Origin: Dehalococcoidia bacterium
GTDB lineage: Bacteria > Chloroflexota > Dehalococcoidia > SHYB01
Direction of reading: 5' to 3'
Assembly: GCA_965220155.1 (NCBI GenBank)
Contig: OZ244810.1
Location: 3,445,298 to 3,509,297, forward strand
DNA length: 64,000 nucleotides
Every line of letters begins with the position of its first letter. Position 1 is the first letter of the stretch. The position numbers and the translations under genes are program-made. Positions 9,380 to 19,624 of the stretch are shown here, in pieces. Below the pieces are notes generated by a model, which saw only the letters and a program-made list of their open reading frames with translations, was not told the origin of the DNA and searched no databases.

Positions 9380-9513
9380 AGACGCCCTCCCATATTGCGG
9401 GGCTTGGGGATCGAGGCATGATGTCCGCGCCGAGGGCGGACGCCCCGCGACGGGTTGGACTATAGGTAGTGGTCCAGGGGATGTCAACGGACGCCGGCCG
9501 GGCGCCAGGGGCA

Positions 9514-10815
9514 TCAGGATTGATCTCGCGCAGGTATCTGCGGCCGCTTGGCAAGGAGCATCAGGCCGGCCGCGGCTATCGCTGCTCCGGCGAACAGCAA
9601 GAAGGCCAGGTTGTACGTCCCGGTCCGGTCGAAGATCAGACCGGCAATGAATGGTCCCACGATGACCCCGGCCAGATCCACGGTGGTGCCGAAACCGTTG
9701 ATGGTGGCGAAGTTCCGGCGGCCAAAATAGTCCCCACGCATCGCAAACGGGACGATTCCGCTGCCGCCCCATCCGACCGCCAGCAACACCAAGAAGAGGG
9801 CGGCAAGCCACAGGGGGCCGATGAGCTGGAACAGCAGAAGAGGGATGACCAGCGAGCCAACCATCCCGGCCCCGACGAGCCGCTTTTCGAAGCGGTCGAG
9901 CAGGAGTCCCGTGAGAAGCCGGACCGGGATGATTACGACCCCGAATATGGTGAATAGGCTGGTGGCCACCCTGAGAGAAAAGTCAAGGTCCGTCATGGCG
10001 GGAATAAAGTGGGCAGTCGAACCGGCTGCAACCAGATTCCGCAGCGCGCCGGAGCCTCCCACGAGCCAAAACGACGGGGCGCTCAACGCCTGCCTAGCGG
10101 TGAACTCCCCTTCGCCTTCTGCCGCATCCGCTGCCGATCCGGATACTCGAACGGCTGAAGTGGAAGGCAGCCGCCTGCCCCCGTCCGGCAGATATCCGTA
10201 GTCCTCCGGGCGGTGACGCATCAGCATCACAAGCGGATAACCGACGACCCAGATTGTTACTCCCATCAATAGGGTCGCCGTCCTCCATCCGTACGTATCC
10301 ACAAAGAAGCCGGTCACGTTGACAACCATCACGCCGAGGCCGACGCCGGCGAAGACGATTCCGATCGCCAACCCTCGCTTCCGGACGAACCAGTTGGCGA
10401 CCGCAGCGATACCCGGCGCAACGGTCCCGGCGCCGGACCCGATTCCCATGAAGAGGATGTAGTAAAGGATGAACAGTGTGATCGATTGGGCGGTACTTAC
10501 GAGCACGAACCCAAGGCCAAACAGTGTGATGCCAACAACCATGATCCGGCGGGGACCGAAACGGTCGATGAGGTAGCCCTGGAATGGCCCGAGAATCGCT
10601 CCCTCCAGCAGAGCGAGGCCCAGGATCAGCGAGATGACGGCGCGTCCCTTGTCGAACTCGTCGCTGAGGTCCTTCAGCATGGTGCTGAAACCGAAGTTGT
10701 AGAACCCCGAGGCCATCGCCGCCAAGACCGTCGACGCGAGGACTATCCACCACCCATAGAAGAAGGCCGGCCTGCGGGCAGTCAGAGCATGGGCAAAGCG
10801 AGACGGGGGGCGCAA
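9514..10815 (-). CDS. MFS transporter
   Basis: 12-TM hydrophobic profile, Gly-rich helices, MFS-like loops. Confidence 0.75.
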   Translation of the reverse strand: MRPPSRFAHALTARRPAFFYGWWIVLASTVLAAMASGFYNFGFSTMLKDLSDEFDKGRAVISLILGLALLEGAILGPFQGYLIDRFGPRRIMVVGITLFGLGFVLVSTAQSITLFILYYILFMGIGSGAGTVAPGIAAVANWFVRKRGLAIGIVFAGVGLGVMVVNVTGFFVDTYGWRTATLLMGVTIWVVGYPLVMLMRHRPEDYGYLPDGGRRLPSTSAVRVSGSAADAAEGEGEFTARQALSAPSFWLVGGSGALRNLVAAGSTAHFIPAMTDLDFSLRVATSLFTIFGVVIIPVRLLTGLLLDRFEKRLVGAGMVGSLVIPLLLFQLIGPLWLAALFLVLLAVGWGGSGIVPFAMRGDYFGRRNFATINGFGTTVDLAGVIVGPFIAGLIFDRTGTYNLAFLLFAGAAIAAAGLMLLAKRPQIPARDQS

Positions 10816-10973
10816 CGGTTACCTCGGGGTGAGCCTACGGGCATTCCATTCGGCTGGACGGTCAGCGGGGGTCCCGTTGTAGGCCGCGCAATTCTAGCAT
10901 GGCGGTCCTCCGGAGCCCTGGACTCTCTCCAAGTGCGAGGGGATAATCCGGCATCAACCCGAAGGAGCGTCCC

Positions 10974-12008
10974 ATGAAAGTCAGCATGACGTACGACCTC
11001 CGCAACCCGCCCCAGTGGCGGAGGCCCTTCCCGGAGTTCTACCGGGAGTCCCTGGACCACATGGCGTACATGGAGGACCTGGGCTTCGATGCCATCTGGC
11101 TGCAGCAGCACCACTTCGAAGAGTCCGCCTATGGCCCATCCTTCGCGGCGCTCGCGGGATTCCTGGCAGCCCGGACGAAGCGAGTGCGGGTGGGCTCCTT
11201 CATCAAGATTCTGCCGCTTTACCATCCGCTGCTCGTTGCGGAAGAGATGGCATTTCTCGATAACATTCTCGATGGCCGGTTGGACGTGGGGGTGGGTATT
11301 GGCCACCGGCTCCTTGAGTTCAACGTCCTGGGTGTTTCCCCGAAACAACGGCCCTCGAGGATGGAAGAGGGACTCGACATCATGAAGCTGGCATGGACTG
11401 AGGAGCGTTTCAGCTATCAGGGGCGAAGGTTTCAGCTGGACGACGTGGAGGTCTGGCCCAAGCCCATCCAGAAGCCGCATCCCCCTTTGTTCATGGCGGT
11501 ACGGTCACAGAAATCGGCTGAGCGAGCGGCCAGGTACCGGTGTCACCTCGCACCGGCCGCGACCGACCCGGAGGTCTACCACGCGTACACGTCCACTCTC
11601 CGGCGAATGGGCGAGGACCCGGCCGACTATCACGTGACCATCGGCCTCTCGGTCATCATCACGCAAGAAGACCCCGAGAAGGTCTGGGAGCGCCTGCTCC
11701 CGTATGCGGATTACTCCATGCGCTTCTATGACAACGTGGCACGCGAGATTGGGGACCCACCCATGCGCTCAGGCCTGCCCGGATCAGGGCCGATCGGGCC
11801 GGGGGAGTATCGCAGCCGTTTCGTCATCGGGACGGCCGACGACGTGCTCGAGGCCCTCGAGGGTATGCGGCCGAGCTGGTCGTGGGACGGCCTGAAGCTG
11901 GATGAGGTGGCATTGAGGACCCCTCCGCCCGGCCTCCCGCTCACCGACTACATGTCCACGTACGAGACCTTTGCCGCGGAGATCATGCCCGTCCTGCGCA
12001 CCTGGTGA
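10974..12008 (+). CDS. LLM-class flavin/F420-dependent oxidoreductase (luciferase-like monooxygenase)
   Basis: N-terminal (L)GFDAIWLQQHHF and LLM fold-length; GAAGGAG RBS. Confidence 0.8.
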   Translation: MKVSMTYDLRNPPQWRRPFPEFYRESLDHMAYMEDLGFDAIWLQQHHFEESAYGPSFAALAGFLAARTKRVRVGSFIKILPLYHPLLVAEEMAFLDNILDGRLDVGVGIGHRLLEFNVLGVSPKQRPSRMEEGLDIMKLAWTEERFSYQGRRFQLDDVEVWPKPIQKPHPPLFMAVRSQKSAERAARYRCHLAPAATDPEVYHAYTSTLRRMGEDPADYHVTIGLSVIITQEDPEKVWERLLPYADYSMRFYDNVAREIGDPPMRSGLPGSGPIGPGEYRSRFVIGTADDVLEALEGMRPSWSWDGLKLDEVALRTPPPGLPLTDYMSTYETFAAEIMPVLRTW

Positions 12009-12105
12009 CCGGGCGCACCATCGTCCGGACCCCTCCTGAATCCCCGGGCAGACGTACCGGGCTGGGCCCGAGAGCCGCGGGACCCGAAGCGGGCACCGGG
12101 ACCGG

Positions 12106-13392
12106 TCATGGGGAGTCGGACGCACGAACCGGGACCTTGGCCGGAGGCCCGGTCCCGTCTTCGGGCACGTTCGGGGTCCTATCGTCGACACGCCTCACGA
12201 TGATGATCGCAATGACCGCGGAAACTAGGAGGCCGACGACGGCAGCCGGCTGCCCAAACCCGAGAGTGGTCGCCACCAATCCCCACATGAGCGGTCCGAT
12301 AATCGAGGACAAGCGCCCGGTCATGCTAAACAGGCCCAGGTATTCGGCTTCCGAGCCTCGGGGGATGAACAGGAGCAGCAGGGGTCGGTCCGACACCCAC
12401 GTCCCGGCCATCCCGATTCCGGTCAGGATGCCTACGGCCCACCAGAGGATACCCGGAAGGCCGAGACTGGGAATAGCGACCCCCAACGCAAAGACAATCA
12501 CCCAGCACGAAAGGGCCGCGATCAGGGTGCGCCTGGGGCCAACTCTGTCTGCCACCATTCCCCAGACCACCCCGGAGGGCGCGGCGACCGCGATGCCGGC
12601 TAGGAAGATGACCTGAGTCAGCCGGACAGATAGGCCAACGGTGTCCGTGGCGTAGAGGATTCCGAATACCGAGGCTGTATTGACCGATAGGGTGAAGAAC
12701 GTCCGCGCCACCAAGAGCTTGCGCAGCCCGGGGTGACCTCGGACTGTGCCGAGCGCCCGCGACAGATGGTCCATCGCCGCTGCCAGGGTGTCCCTCGCGG
12801 GCGGCAATTGGCCGGACGTCCGCGACCGGTCCCTGACTGAGATGATCAACGGAAGAGCCAGGAGCAGGAACACCCCAGCCATGGTCCAGAACACCCAATC
12901 GTAATGCCCGGCTTTCAGGAACACGATAGTGATCCCTACCGCCGCCATCGAGCCGAGGTATCCGACCCCAACCGCAAGACCGCTTACGCGTCCCCGGTTC
13001 TGAGTGGTGCTCACCTCTGGCAGTAGTGCGTTGTAGCAGATCTGGGCGAGGTGAAAACCGGACAGCGCCACGGCGAACAGCGCAAGGGACAAAGAGAGCC
13101 CCGGTAACGCCAAGAAGAGGGTCGCGGCCACCGAAACGACCGTCGCGCCAAGCAGGAACGGGGTCCTTCTTCCCACCTGGTCTGAAATGCTTCCAAACAC
13201 CGGGGCGGCGATTAGGAGGAAAATCATCGTCCCGGTCAGGGTGAAGCCCACATCAGCATCCGTGCCATGTGCAACGTCGGTGACCCACAGGGGAAACGTG
13301 ATGCCGACGATGCCCGTGAGGTACGCTGAGTTGGCCAGGTCGTACAAGACCCACGAGGCGACAGCGGCTCTTCGGGGTCGGGTCTGTGCCAA
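12106..13392 (-). CDS. MFS transporter (UMF1/Atg22-like subfamily)
   Basis: N-terminus WVLYDLANSAY and TM profile. Confidence 0.7.
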   Translation of the reverse strand: MAQTRPRRAAVASWVLYDLANSAYLTGIVGITFPLWVTDVAHGTDADVGFTLTGTMIFLLIAAPVFGSISDQVGRRTPFLLGATVVSVAATLFLALPGLSLSLALFAVALSGFHLAQICYNALLPEVSTTQNRGRVSGLAVGVGYLGSMAAVGITIVFLKAGHYDWVFWTMAGVFLLLALPLIISVRDRSRTSGQLPPARDTLAAAMDHLSRALGTVRGHPGLRKLLVARTFFTLSVNTASVFGILYATDTVGLSVRLTQVIFLAGIAVAAPSGVVWGMVADRVGPRRTLIAALSCWVIVFALGVAIPSLGLPGILWWAVGILTGIGMAGTWVSDRPLLLLFIPRGSEAEYLGLFSMTGRLSSIIGPLMWGLVATTLGFGQPAAVVGLLVSAVIAIIIVRRVDDRTPNVPEDGTGPPAKVPVRASDSP

Positions 13393-13494
13393 GATGGCTG
13401 CTATAGTCGGGCTGGTCGGGAAATTATACTGGTTTCAGGCACAGCCTCGGGGGTCCATTGGCTACAGCTTGGGCGTCCAACGGTCAAGCGCTGG

Positions 13495-13650
13495 CTAGGG
13501 CGTGTTCACACTAGCTGTGAGGCAAAGGCTTGCCAAAGGCGTGGCGTGGCTAAGGTGCCTGGCGGGCAGCGTCTTAGATTCCTCGGCTGCGCCTCGGAAT
13601 GACATGGGGGAGCGCTTTTCGTGTAGCGGGAGCATAGTGTGTTCTGCGCA
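13495..13650. mobile_element. MITE-like repeat, copy B (3' end diverged/truncated)
   Basis: First about 125 bp near-identical to copies A and C; 5' TA flank present; 3' TIR missing. Confidence 0.55.
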
Positions 13651-13756
13651 TTTTGAGTTGCCCTTCGCCCTCGCGAGTCTGTCGACCCCCGTGTGGACGG
13701 CCGCTAATGGGCGACGGCACGCCTCCGGACCGGTACTCAAGAAGAGGTGAAGGCCG

Positions 13757-14644
13757 ATGAAACAGATCGTGTATAGCCATGTCGATGACGCACCCTGGAT
13801 GCACCTGTCCCCACTGGGGGCCGGGGAGCTGTTCAGCAAGGTGGTGTTGGAGCCGCGTCCACGCGTTGCCCAGCTCTGGTATGAGCCCGGATACGTGTTC
13901 CCCGCTCACCGGCATCCCATGGACGAGGTGCTCTATGTTCTGAACGGGGAGATGTCCGTAAGCGGGCATCTCCTCAAAAGGGGCTCATTAGTCTTCATAC
14001 CGAAAGAGACCGTCTATGGTCCAGAGTACACGGGACCATCTGGAGCGCTGTTTCTGAGGGTAGAGCTTTGGGATACCGAGGAAGGTCCACCAGGCGGCCG
14101 GTCCAGCAAGGCCGCATACGAGCCGTGGACCGGTCAGATGGGAAGCGACGGTATGCCGCGGTCTGGAGTCCCCAGGAGCCCCGTCCCAGAAGGGGAAATG
14201 CAGCCAGAGCCGGCCGCGGGGGCCCGCAGCGTCCATGCGGACGACGCAAGGTGGGTCCAGGTCCAGCTCCCGGAAGAGGGGGCTGATCTCTTCATGAGGC
14301 CGTTGCTCACGGGGGCCCCCAGCGTGTCGCAGTTCTGGTACCCGCAGGACTCAGGAGACCATCCACACTCCCATGAGATCGACGAGCTCCGATTCATTTT
14401 GAACGGCGAGATGGACCTGGCCGGCCGGCGTGTCACACCGCGAACAGCCATTTTCGTCCCCAAGAACACGCCGTTCCGCATGACCAACTTCAGCCCTGGG
14501 GGTGTCAAGCTCCTCCGGCTGGAGCTGTGGGATACGCACGCGGGGCGCCCCGAGCGGCCTGGACCTCCGGTCAAGAGGGAGAGCAGGACGTGGGAAGGAC
14601 CCCTCACGGCGGACGGCGTCCCCGATCTGGACGGAAACCGCTAG
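13757..14644 (+). CDS. Bicupin domain protein
   Basis: Two cupin motifs HRHPMDEVLYVLNGEM and HSHEIDELRFILNGEM; GAGGTGAAGG RBS. Confidence 0.7.
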   Translation: MKQIVYSHVDDAPWMHLSPLGAGELFSKVVLEPRPRVAQLWYEPGYVFPAHRHPMDEVLYVLNGEMSVSGHLLKRGSLVFIPKETVYGPEYTGPSGALFLRVELWDTEEGPPGGRSSKAAYEPWTGQMGSDGMPRSGVPRSPVPEGEMQPEPAAGARSVHADDARWVQVQLPEEGADLFMRPLLTGAPSVSQFWYPQDSGDHPHSHEIDELRFILNGEMDLAGRRVTPRTAIFVPKNTPFRMTNFSPGGVKLLRLELWDTHAGRPERPGPPVKRESRTWEGPLTADGVPDLDGNR

Positions 14645-14816
14645 TACATGAGCCCTGCCAGACCGCGAGAGGGTCCTCAGAGGGGTCCTGAGGGGAATCC
14701 GGCAGGACCGCCAGCCCCGCGGCGCCGATGATCTGGCGTTGGCGGAGACGAGCCAATCCGTCGGCTTGCTATAATTACCGGCGGAATTCGCCGCAGACCT
14801 CTTCCTCAGGACTGAA

Positions 14817-15983
14817 ATGACTATCCACACCATCCCGCCTCACGGCGGAACCCTGATCGATCGGCAGCTCAGAGGTCCCGAACGCGATGATGCAGCCCGT
14901 AGAGCGAAAGAGCTGAAACGAATCCAGCTGACCCCAACGGCAGCGTCGGACCTGGAGCTGATCGCGATCGGAGGCTTCAGCCCCCTGACCGGCTTTATGG
15001 GCAGCGCCGATTACACGCGGGTGGTCGAAGAGGCGAGGCTTGCCAGCGGGGTGGTGTGGTCGCTCCCAGTCGTGCTTCCGGTGACCGACGCGGAGGCTGG
15101 GCAAACGAACGTGGGAGACGACGTTGCCCTCGCGGAGAACGGGGCAGTCCTCGCCACCATGAACGTCGCAGAGAAATTCGCCTATGACAAGACACATGAG
15201 GCCGAGCACGTTTACCGCACCACCGATGAGGCCCATCCGGGGGTAGCCCGAGTCTATGGCCAGGGGGACGTCCTATTGGCCGGGGACATCTCGATGATCG
15301 ACCGCCCCGCCTCCTCTCGCATGTTCCCCGAACACCAGCTCCCTCCGGCGGCCAGCCGGCAGGCTTTCTTGGACCGGGGTTGGAAGAGGGTCGTGGCGTT
15401 CCAGACTCGGAACCCGATTCATCGGGCTCACGAGTACATCCAGAAGTGCGCCCTCGAGATGGTCGATGGGCTGTTCCTCCACCCCCTGGTCGGAGAGACC
15501 AAGGGGGACGACATCTCCGCAGCGTTGAGGATGAGGACCTACACGGAGCTCCTATCTCTGTACTACCCCAAGGACAGGACCCTGCTGGGAGTCTTTCCGG
15601 CGGCCATGCGCTACGCCGGTCCTCGCGAGGCTATTTTCCACGCCATCGTGCGGAAGAACTACGGCTGTACGCACCTGATCGTGGGCCGCGATCATGCAGG
15701 GGTGGGCAACTACTACGGGACATATGACGCGCAGCTCATCTTCGACGACTTTCAGCCCGGGGAGCTTGGGATCACCCCTCTTTTCTTCGAGCACACCTTC
15801 TACTGCAAGGCATGCGGCGGCATGGGGTCGAGCAAGACCTGTCCCCACGACTCGGCCCATCACATCACGCTGAGCGGAAGCCAGGTCCGCGCGATGCTTG
15901 GCGGCGGAGAGACCCCCCCCCCGGAATTCACCCGCGCCGAGGTGGCGAGGTTGTTGTCCACCGAGATGGCCACGAAGAGTTGA
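14817..15983 (+). CDS. sat: Sulfate adenylyltransferase (ATP sulfurylase)
   Basis: QTRNPIHRAHE and GRDHAGVG signature motifs. Confidence 0.9.
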   Translation: MTIHTIPPHGGTLIDRQLRGPERDDAARRAKELKRIQLTPTAASDLELIAIGGFSPLTGFMGSADYTRVVEEARLASGVVWSLPVVLPVTDAEAGQTNVGDDVALAENGAVLATMNVAEKFAYDKTHEAEHVYRTTDEAHPGVARVYGQGDVLLAGDISMIDRPASSRMFPEHQLPPAASRQAFLDRGWKRVVAFQTRNPIHRAHEYIQKCALEMVDGLFLHPLVGETKGDDISAALRMRTYTELLSLYYPKDRTLLGVFPAAMRYAGPREAIFHAIVRKNYGCTHLIVGRDHAGVGNYYGTYDAQLIFDDFQPGELGITPLFFEHTFYCKACGGMGSSKTCPHDSAHHITLSGSQVRAMLGGGETPPPEFTRAEVARLLSTEMATKS

Positions 15984-16063
15984 AGCCACTCCAGCGGCAC
16001 ACAACGGCGATCTCCCTGCATCGGATACTGGCACACCCAGATATTGGCTGCTTCTAGGGTCGC

Positions 16064-16927
16064 TTGGAATACATCTTCGAGATAGGCAACTTCGGCCTTC
16101 GCTGGTACAGCTTCCTGATCGCCGCTGGGCTGGTGGCGGGCGCCTGGATCGCCTCCATCGAAGCCAAGGGTTGGGGAGAGCGGGCCGACCACGTCTACAA
16201 CGCCGTTCTCCTGGCGCTCCCGCTCTCGCTGATCGGGGCGCGGGCGTATCACGTCGTCGACAAGTGGGGAGAGATTTACAGCAACGACCCTGCCCGTGTG
16301 TTCTTGATCAACGAGGGGGGACTCGCGATCTACGGGGCCGTTGCAGGCAGCATCCTCGCCATTTTCATCTACACCAAATGGAAAAAGCTCAAGTTCTCGC
16401 GGTGGCTTGATATCGGGGCCCCCGGCCTGATCCTGGGGCAGGCTATAGGCAGGTGGGGGAATTTCTTCAACCAGGAGATCTACGGCAGGCCGAGTGATCT
16501 TCCGTGGGCGATCACCATCGACCCCCTGAAACGGATCCTCGGCTATGAAGGGTTCGAGAAGTTCCACCCGTTGTTTCTCTACGAGTCCCTCCTCAACCTG
16601 ATTGCCTTCGGGCTGATGATGTATGCCCGGAGGCGTTTTCAGGCCCGCTTGTATCCCGGCGACATCGCGCTTCTCTACGGGGTCTTTTACGGAGCGGTAA
16701 GGCTCAGCCTCGAGAATCTCAGGATCGGCAACTGGACCATCGGCGGCGGCCTACCCACGGCCACCCTCATCTCGGCGCTTGTGCTGGCCATATGCGGCGG
16801 GGCCCTGATTTACCGTCACTGGCTCAGACCGAGGCTCGATGCCCGCAAAGGGTTGGGGACGGATTCACCTGAAGGCGACGCCCCCGAGGCCGGTCCCCAG
16901 GAGACTGCGCCGGCTCCTACCGAATAG
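16064..16927 (+). CDS. lgt: Prolipoprotein diacylglyceryl transferase
   Basis: Lgt signature GRWGNFFNQEIYG, multi-TM. TTG start is the first start-like codon after in-frame TAG at 16055. Confidence 0.8.
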   Translation: MEYIFEIGNFGLRWYSFLIAAGLVAGAWIASIEAKGWGERADHVYNAVLLALPLSLIGARAYHVVDKWGEIYSNDPARVFLINEGGLAIYGAVAGSILAIFIYTKWKKLKFSRWLDIGAPGLILGQAIGRWGNFFNQEIYGRPSDLPWAITIDPLKRILGYEGFEKFHPLFLYESLLNLIAFGLMMYARRRFQARLYPGDIALLYGVFYGAVRLSLENLRIGNWTIGGGLPTATLISALVLAICGGALIYRHWLRPRLDARKGLGTDSPEGDAPEAGPQETAPAPTE

Positions 16928-17002
16928 CCCTCTCCGCTCTGGTACCATATGCCCTGCCGCTACCCGGGCCCGTGAGCCTGCTGCGGTGATGGAGGCCCGT
17001 TC

Positions 17003-17926
17003 ATGGCTGACGCTCGCGACGTTGTGATCATCGGCGGCGGAGCCGCCGGGTTGGCGGCGGGACTGTACGCCGCCCGCTGGCGGCTGAATACCGTCCTGGT
17101 CGAAAGGATGGTCCCCGGCGGCCAGATCATCAACGCGGACATCATTGAGAACTACCCCGGACTGCACGAGGGGATCACCGGCGTGGACCTTTCGACCGCC
17201 CTCGAACAGCATGCCAGCGGCCAGGGGATGGAGAGCGCTTTCGGCGAGGTTACCTCCATAGACGTTTCGGGCAGCCCTATTGTGGTCAAGACCGACTTCG
17301 AGGAGCACCAGACCCGCTCCGTGATCATCGCCGTGGGGAGCGACCACAAGCACCTCGGGGTGCCGGGAGAGGCGGAGCGAGAGGGGCGGGGTGTTTCCTT
17401 CTGCGCCACTTGCGATGGGCCCTTCTACATCGATAAGGACATCGTGGTCGTCGGCGGCGGCGACGGGGCCCTGGACGAGGGGCTGTACCTGACCAAGATG
17501 GCAAGTAAGGTCACTGTCGTGCACCACGGGGACCAGCTTCAGGCCCAGACCGTCTACCAGGAGAGGGCCCAAGAAAACCCCAAGATGGAGTTTGTCTGGG
17601 ACTCGGTCGTCGATTCCATCGGGGGCGCCGACGGAGTCGAGAGCGTTTCGATACGAAACCTCAAGACAGGCGACAGAAGCGATATCGCGGTCTCCGGAAT
17701 CTTCCCCTACATAGGCCGGATGCCCAACACGAAACCCTTCGAGGGGACCGTTCCGATGGACGAGACGGGCCATATCATGGTCGATCTCAGAATGGCCACG
17801 GAGGTCCCGGGGGTGTTCGCGGCGGGTGAGTGCCGGTGGCAGTCCGCAGGCCAGCTGGCGAACCACGTGGGGGACGGGGTAACGGCCGCGTTCTCGGCGT
17901 ACCAGTACGTGCAGTCGATCCGCTAG
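17003..17926 (+). CDS. trxB: Thioredoxin-disulfide reductase-like flavoprotein
   Basis: GGGAAG FAD motif, redox-active CATCDG, second GGGDGA NADPH motif. Confidence 0.85.
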   Translation: MADARDVVIIGGGAAGLAAGLYAARWRLNTVLVERMVPGGQIINADIIENYPGLHEGITGVDLSTALEQHASGQGMESAFGEVTSIDVSGSPIVVKTDFEEHQTRSVIIAVGSDHKHLGVPGEAEREGRGVSFCATCDGPFYIDKDIVVVGGGDGALDEGLYLTKMASKVTVVHHGDQLQAQTVYQERAQENPKMEFVWDSVVDSIGGADGVESVSIRNLKTGDRSDIAVSGIFPYIGRMPNTKPFEGTVPMDETGHIMVDLRMATEVPGVFAAGECRWQSAGQLANHVGDGVTAAFSAYQYVQSIR

Positions 17927-17968
17927 GAACGTCGATTCGATAGGAACGTCGATTCGATAGGAAATAGG
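17924..17968. repeat. Tandem 17-bp repeat (taggaacgtcgattcga x2 plus partial) immediately after trxB stop
   Basis: Read directly. Confidence 0.6.
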
Positions 17969-18118
17969 CCGGCCCGTGGACTGCAGTCCCAGAAGTTGAC
18001 ATAACCCTCGCCGTTTGTCCGTCGACGCGCACCCATGTCCCCTCAAGGTCCCATTCCACCCCGCTACGGTCGGCCGGCCTGAAGGGCCCTACCTGGGGCG
18101 ATGGCCCGGGCGGCTGAG

Positions 18119-18373
18119 TCACCCGGCGGTCTTGCGAACGAAGACCCGAAATTCGTCGCCCTCGCGAACGAGTCCCAGCAGCTCGTTTCCGGTCCGGCGG
18201 CACCAGACGGGCATGTCTTCAGCGATCCCTTCGTCGTCAGAAAGCACTTCGATGACCTGTCCTACATGCATTGCGCGCATTGCCTTTGCCGTTTCCCAGA
18301 CAGGGACGGGGCAGTAGAGGCCGAGGGTATCGAGGGTCTCATCGGGAGCCGGCAGCCGGGAGCGGTCCGACAC
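18119..18373 (-). CDS. tusA: TusA-family sulfurtransferase
   Basis: 84 aa, LDTLGLYCPVP (CPxP) motif. Confidence 0.75.
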   Translation of the reverse strand: MSDRSRLPAPDETLDTLGLYCPVPVWETAKAMRAMHVGQVIEVLSDDEGIAEDMPVWCRRTGNELLGLVREGDEFRVFVRKTAG

Positions 18374-18381
18374 AGCCAGCC

Positions 18382-19569
18382 CTATCCGAAGGGGGACATC
18401 GCCCGGAGCCTGTCAACCACAGGGGGCAACTCCTGCAACAGGTAGTCGATCTGCTGCTCCGTGTTTCCGATGCCGATCCCAAAAGCCAGCGATCCCAGAC
18501 CAAGGGCCGCATCCACGCCGATCGCCTCGAGGACATATGAGTGTTGAAGGGCCTTAGCGCCGCAGGCGGAGCCGCTGGCGGACTGGATATCCGAGTCCAT
18601 CGCAAGCGAAAGCAGGACCCCCTCACCCTTTATCTGGTCGACCAGGCAGCTTACGTGGTTCGGGAGCCGGCGGCTGCGGTGCCCGGTAATCCGGACCCTG
18701 CTCATCCTGTCCAGACCCTCGAACAACCGGTCCCGCAAAGCGGCGGTGAGGGCGACCCGGCGTTCCATGTCCCGGGCGGCTGCCGCGCAGGCTACTCCGG
18801 TCCCGACAATGGCTGGAACGTTCTCTGTCCCCGGCCGGCGCCCCCCTTCCTGGGTCCCCCCCTCCATGAGAGGCGGCAGCCGCAGCCCGCGCCGGACGTA
18901 GAGGGCGCCGACACCCTTCGGCCCGTAGAACATCTGGGGGGACACCGTCATCAGGTCGACGCGCAGGTCGCCGACGTTCACCGGTACGACCCCCGCCGTG
19001 TTGGCCGCGTCGAGGTGGAAGCGGACGCCGGCCTCCCGGCAGACCGCACCGATTTCAGCCGCAGGCTCCAGGGTGCCGATCTCGTTGCTTGCGTGGGTGA
19101 CGCTGACGAGGACTGTGTCCGGGCGGAGCGCCCGCCTGACCTCCTGCGGGTCCACGAAGCCGTCCGAGTCGACCCGGAGATAGGTGACTTCGAAACCCTG
19201 CTTCTGCAGCGTTCTGCAAGGGTGGAGCACCGAGAAATGCTCGATAGCAGAGGTCACGATATGCCGGCCCTTGCCCCGGGGCATCGCGACCATTCCCTTC
19301 AGGGTCCAGTTATTGGACTCGGTGGCGCCGGACGTGAAGTAGACCTCGTGAGGGGAGGCCCCGATCATGTCGGCCACCTGCTGCCGGGCTTCCTCGACAG
19401 CGGTCAGGGATTCCTCGCCACCGGGGTAATTGCTTTGCGCGTTGTAGAAGCGGTCCGAGAAGTAGGGGAGCATGGCCTGCACGACTTCAGGCAGGCACGG
19501 AGTCGTGGCTGTGTGGTCCAGATAGACCCCGCCGGCCGGCCTGGAGATCGGTTTCGTCCCTGATGACAC
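18382..19569 (-). CDS. Cysteine desulfurase (NifS/IscS class V aminotransferase)
   Basis: LDHTATTP N-terminus; PLP-lysine/active-loop region FYGPKGVGALYVRR. Confidence 0.85.
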   Translation of the reverse strand: MSSGTKPISRPAGGVYLDHTATTPCLPEVVQAMLPYFSDRFYNAQSNYPGGEESLTAVEEARQQVADMIGASPHEVYFTSGATESNNWTLKGMVAMPRGKGRHIVTSAIEHFSVLHPCRTLQKQGFEVTYLRVDSDGFVDPQEVRRALRPDTVLVSVTHASNEIGTLEPAAEIGAVCREAGVRFHLDAANTAGVVPVNVGDLRVDLMTVSPQMFYGPKGVGALYVRRGLRLPPLMEGGTQEGGRRPGTENVPAIVGTGVACAAAARDMERRVALTAALRDRLFEGLDRMSRVRITGHRSRRLPNHVSCLVDQIKGEGVLLSLAMDSDIQSASGSACGAKALQHSYVLEAIGVDAALGLGSLAFGIGIGNTEQQIDYLLQELPPVVDRLRAMSPFG

Positions 19570-19624
19570 AGCAGTGTCCCCTAGTCACGCATGGTAACAC
19601 AGAGGCTGCGGCCTCGGTCAGCCG

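Noticed and set aside
14765-14776. TATAAT-like -10 box (gctataatt) upstream of sat
   Set aside because: No acceptable -35 at 16-19 bp spacing. In a high-GC genome a single hexamer is weak evidence; not reported as a feature.
14779-14795. Shared GGAATTCGCCG-containing near-palindrome upstream of sat (14783) and in the 22691-22903 divergent promoter region (22744)
   Set aside because: Only an 11-12-nt match. A pairwise estimate gives about 120 shared 12-mers expected by chance in 64 kb; no further copies; weak palindrome.
16865-18046. 393-aa minus-strand ORF (and similar long antisense ORFs at 97-783, 23954-24736, 45036-45830, 52264-52905)
   Set aside because: Arg/Pro/Gly-rich low-complexity translations lying antisense to well-supported genes (lgt/trxB, amidohydrolase, HerA-like, partner protein). 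Typical high-GC shadow ORFs.
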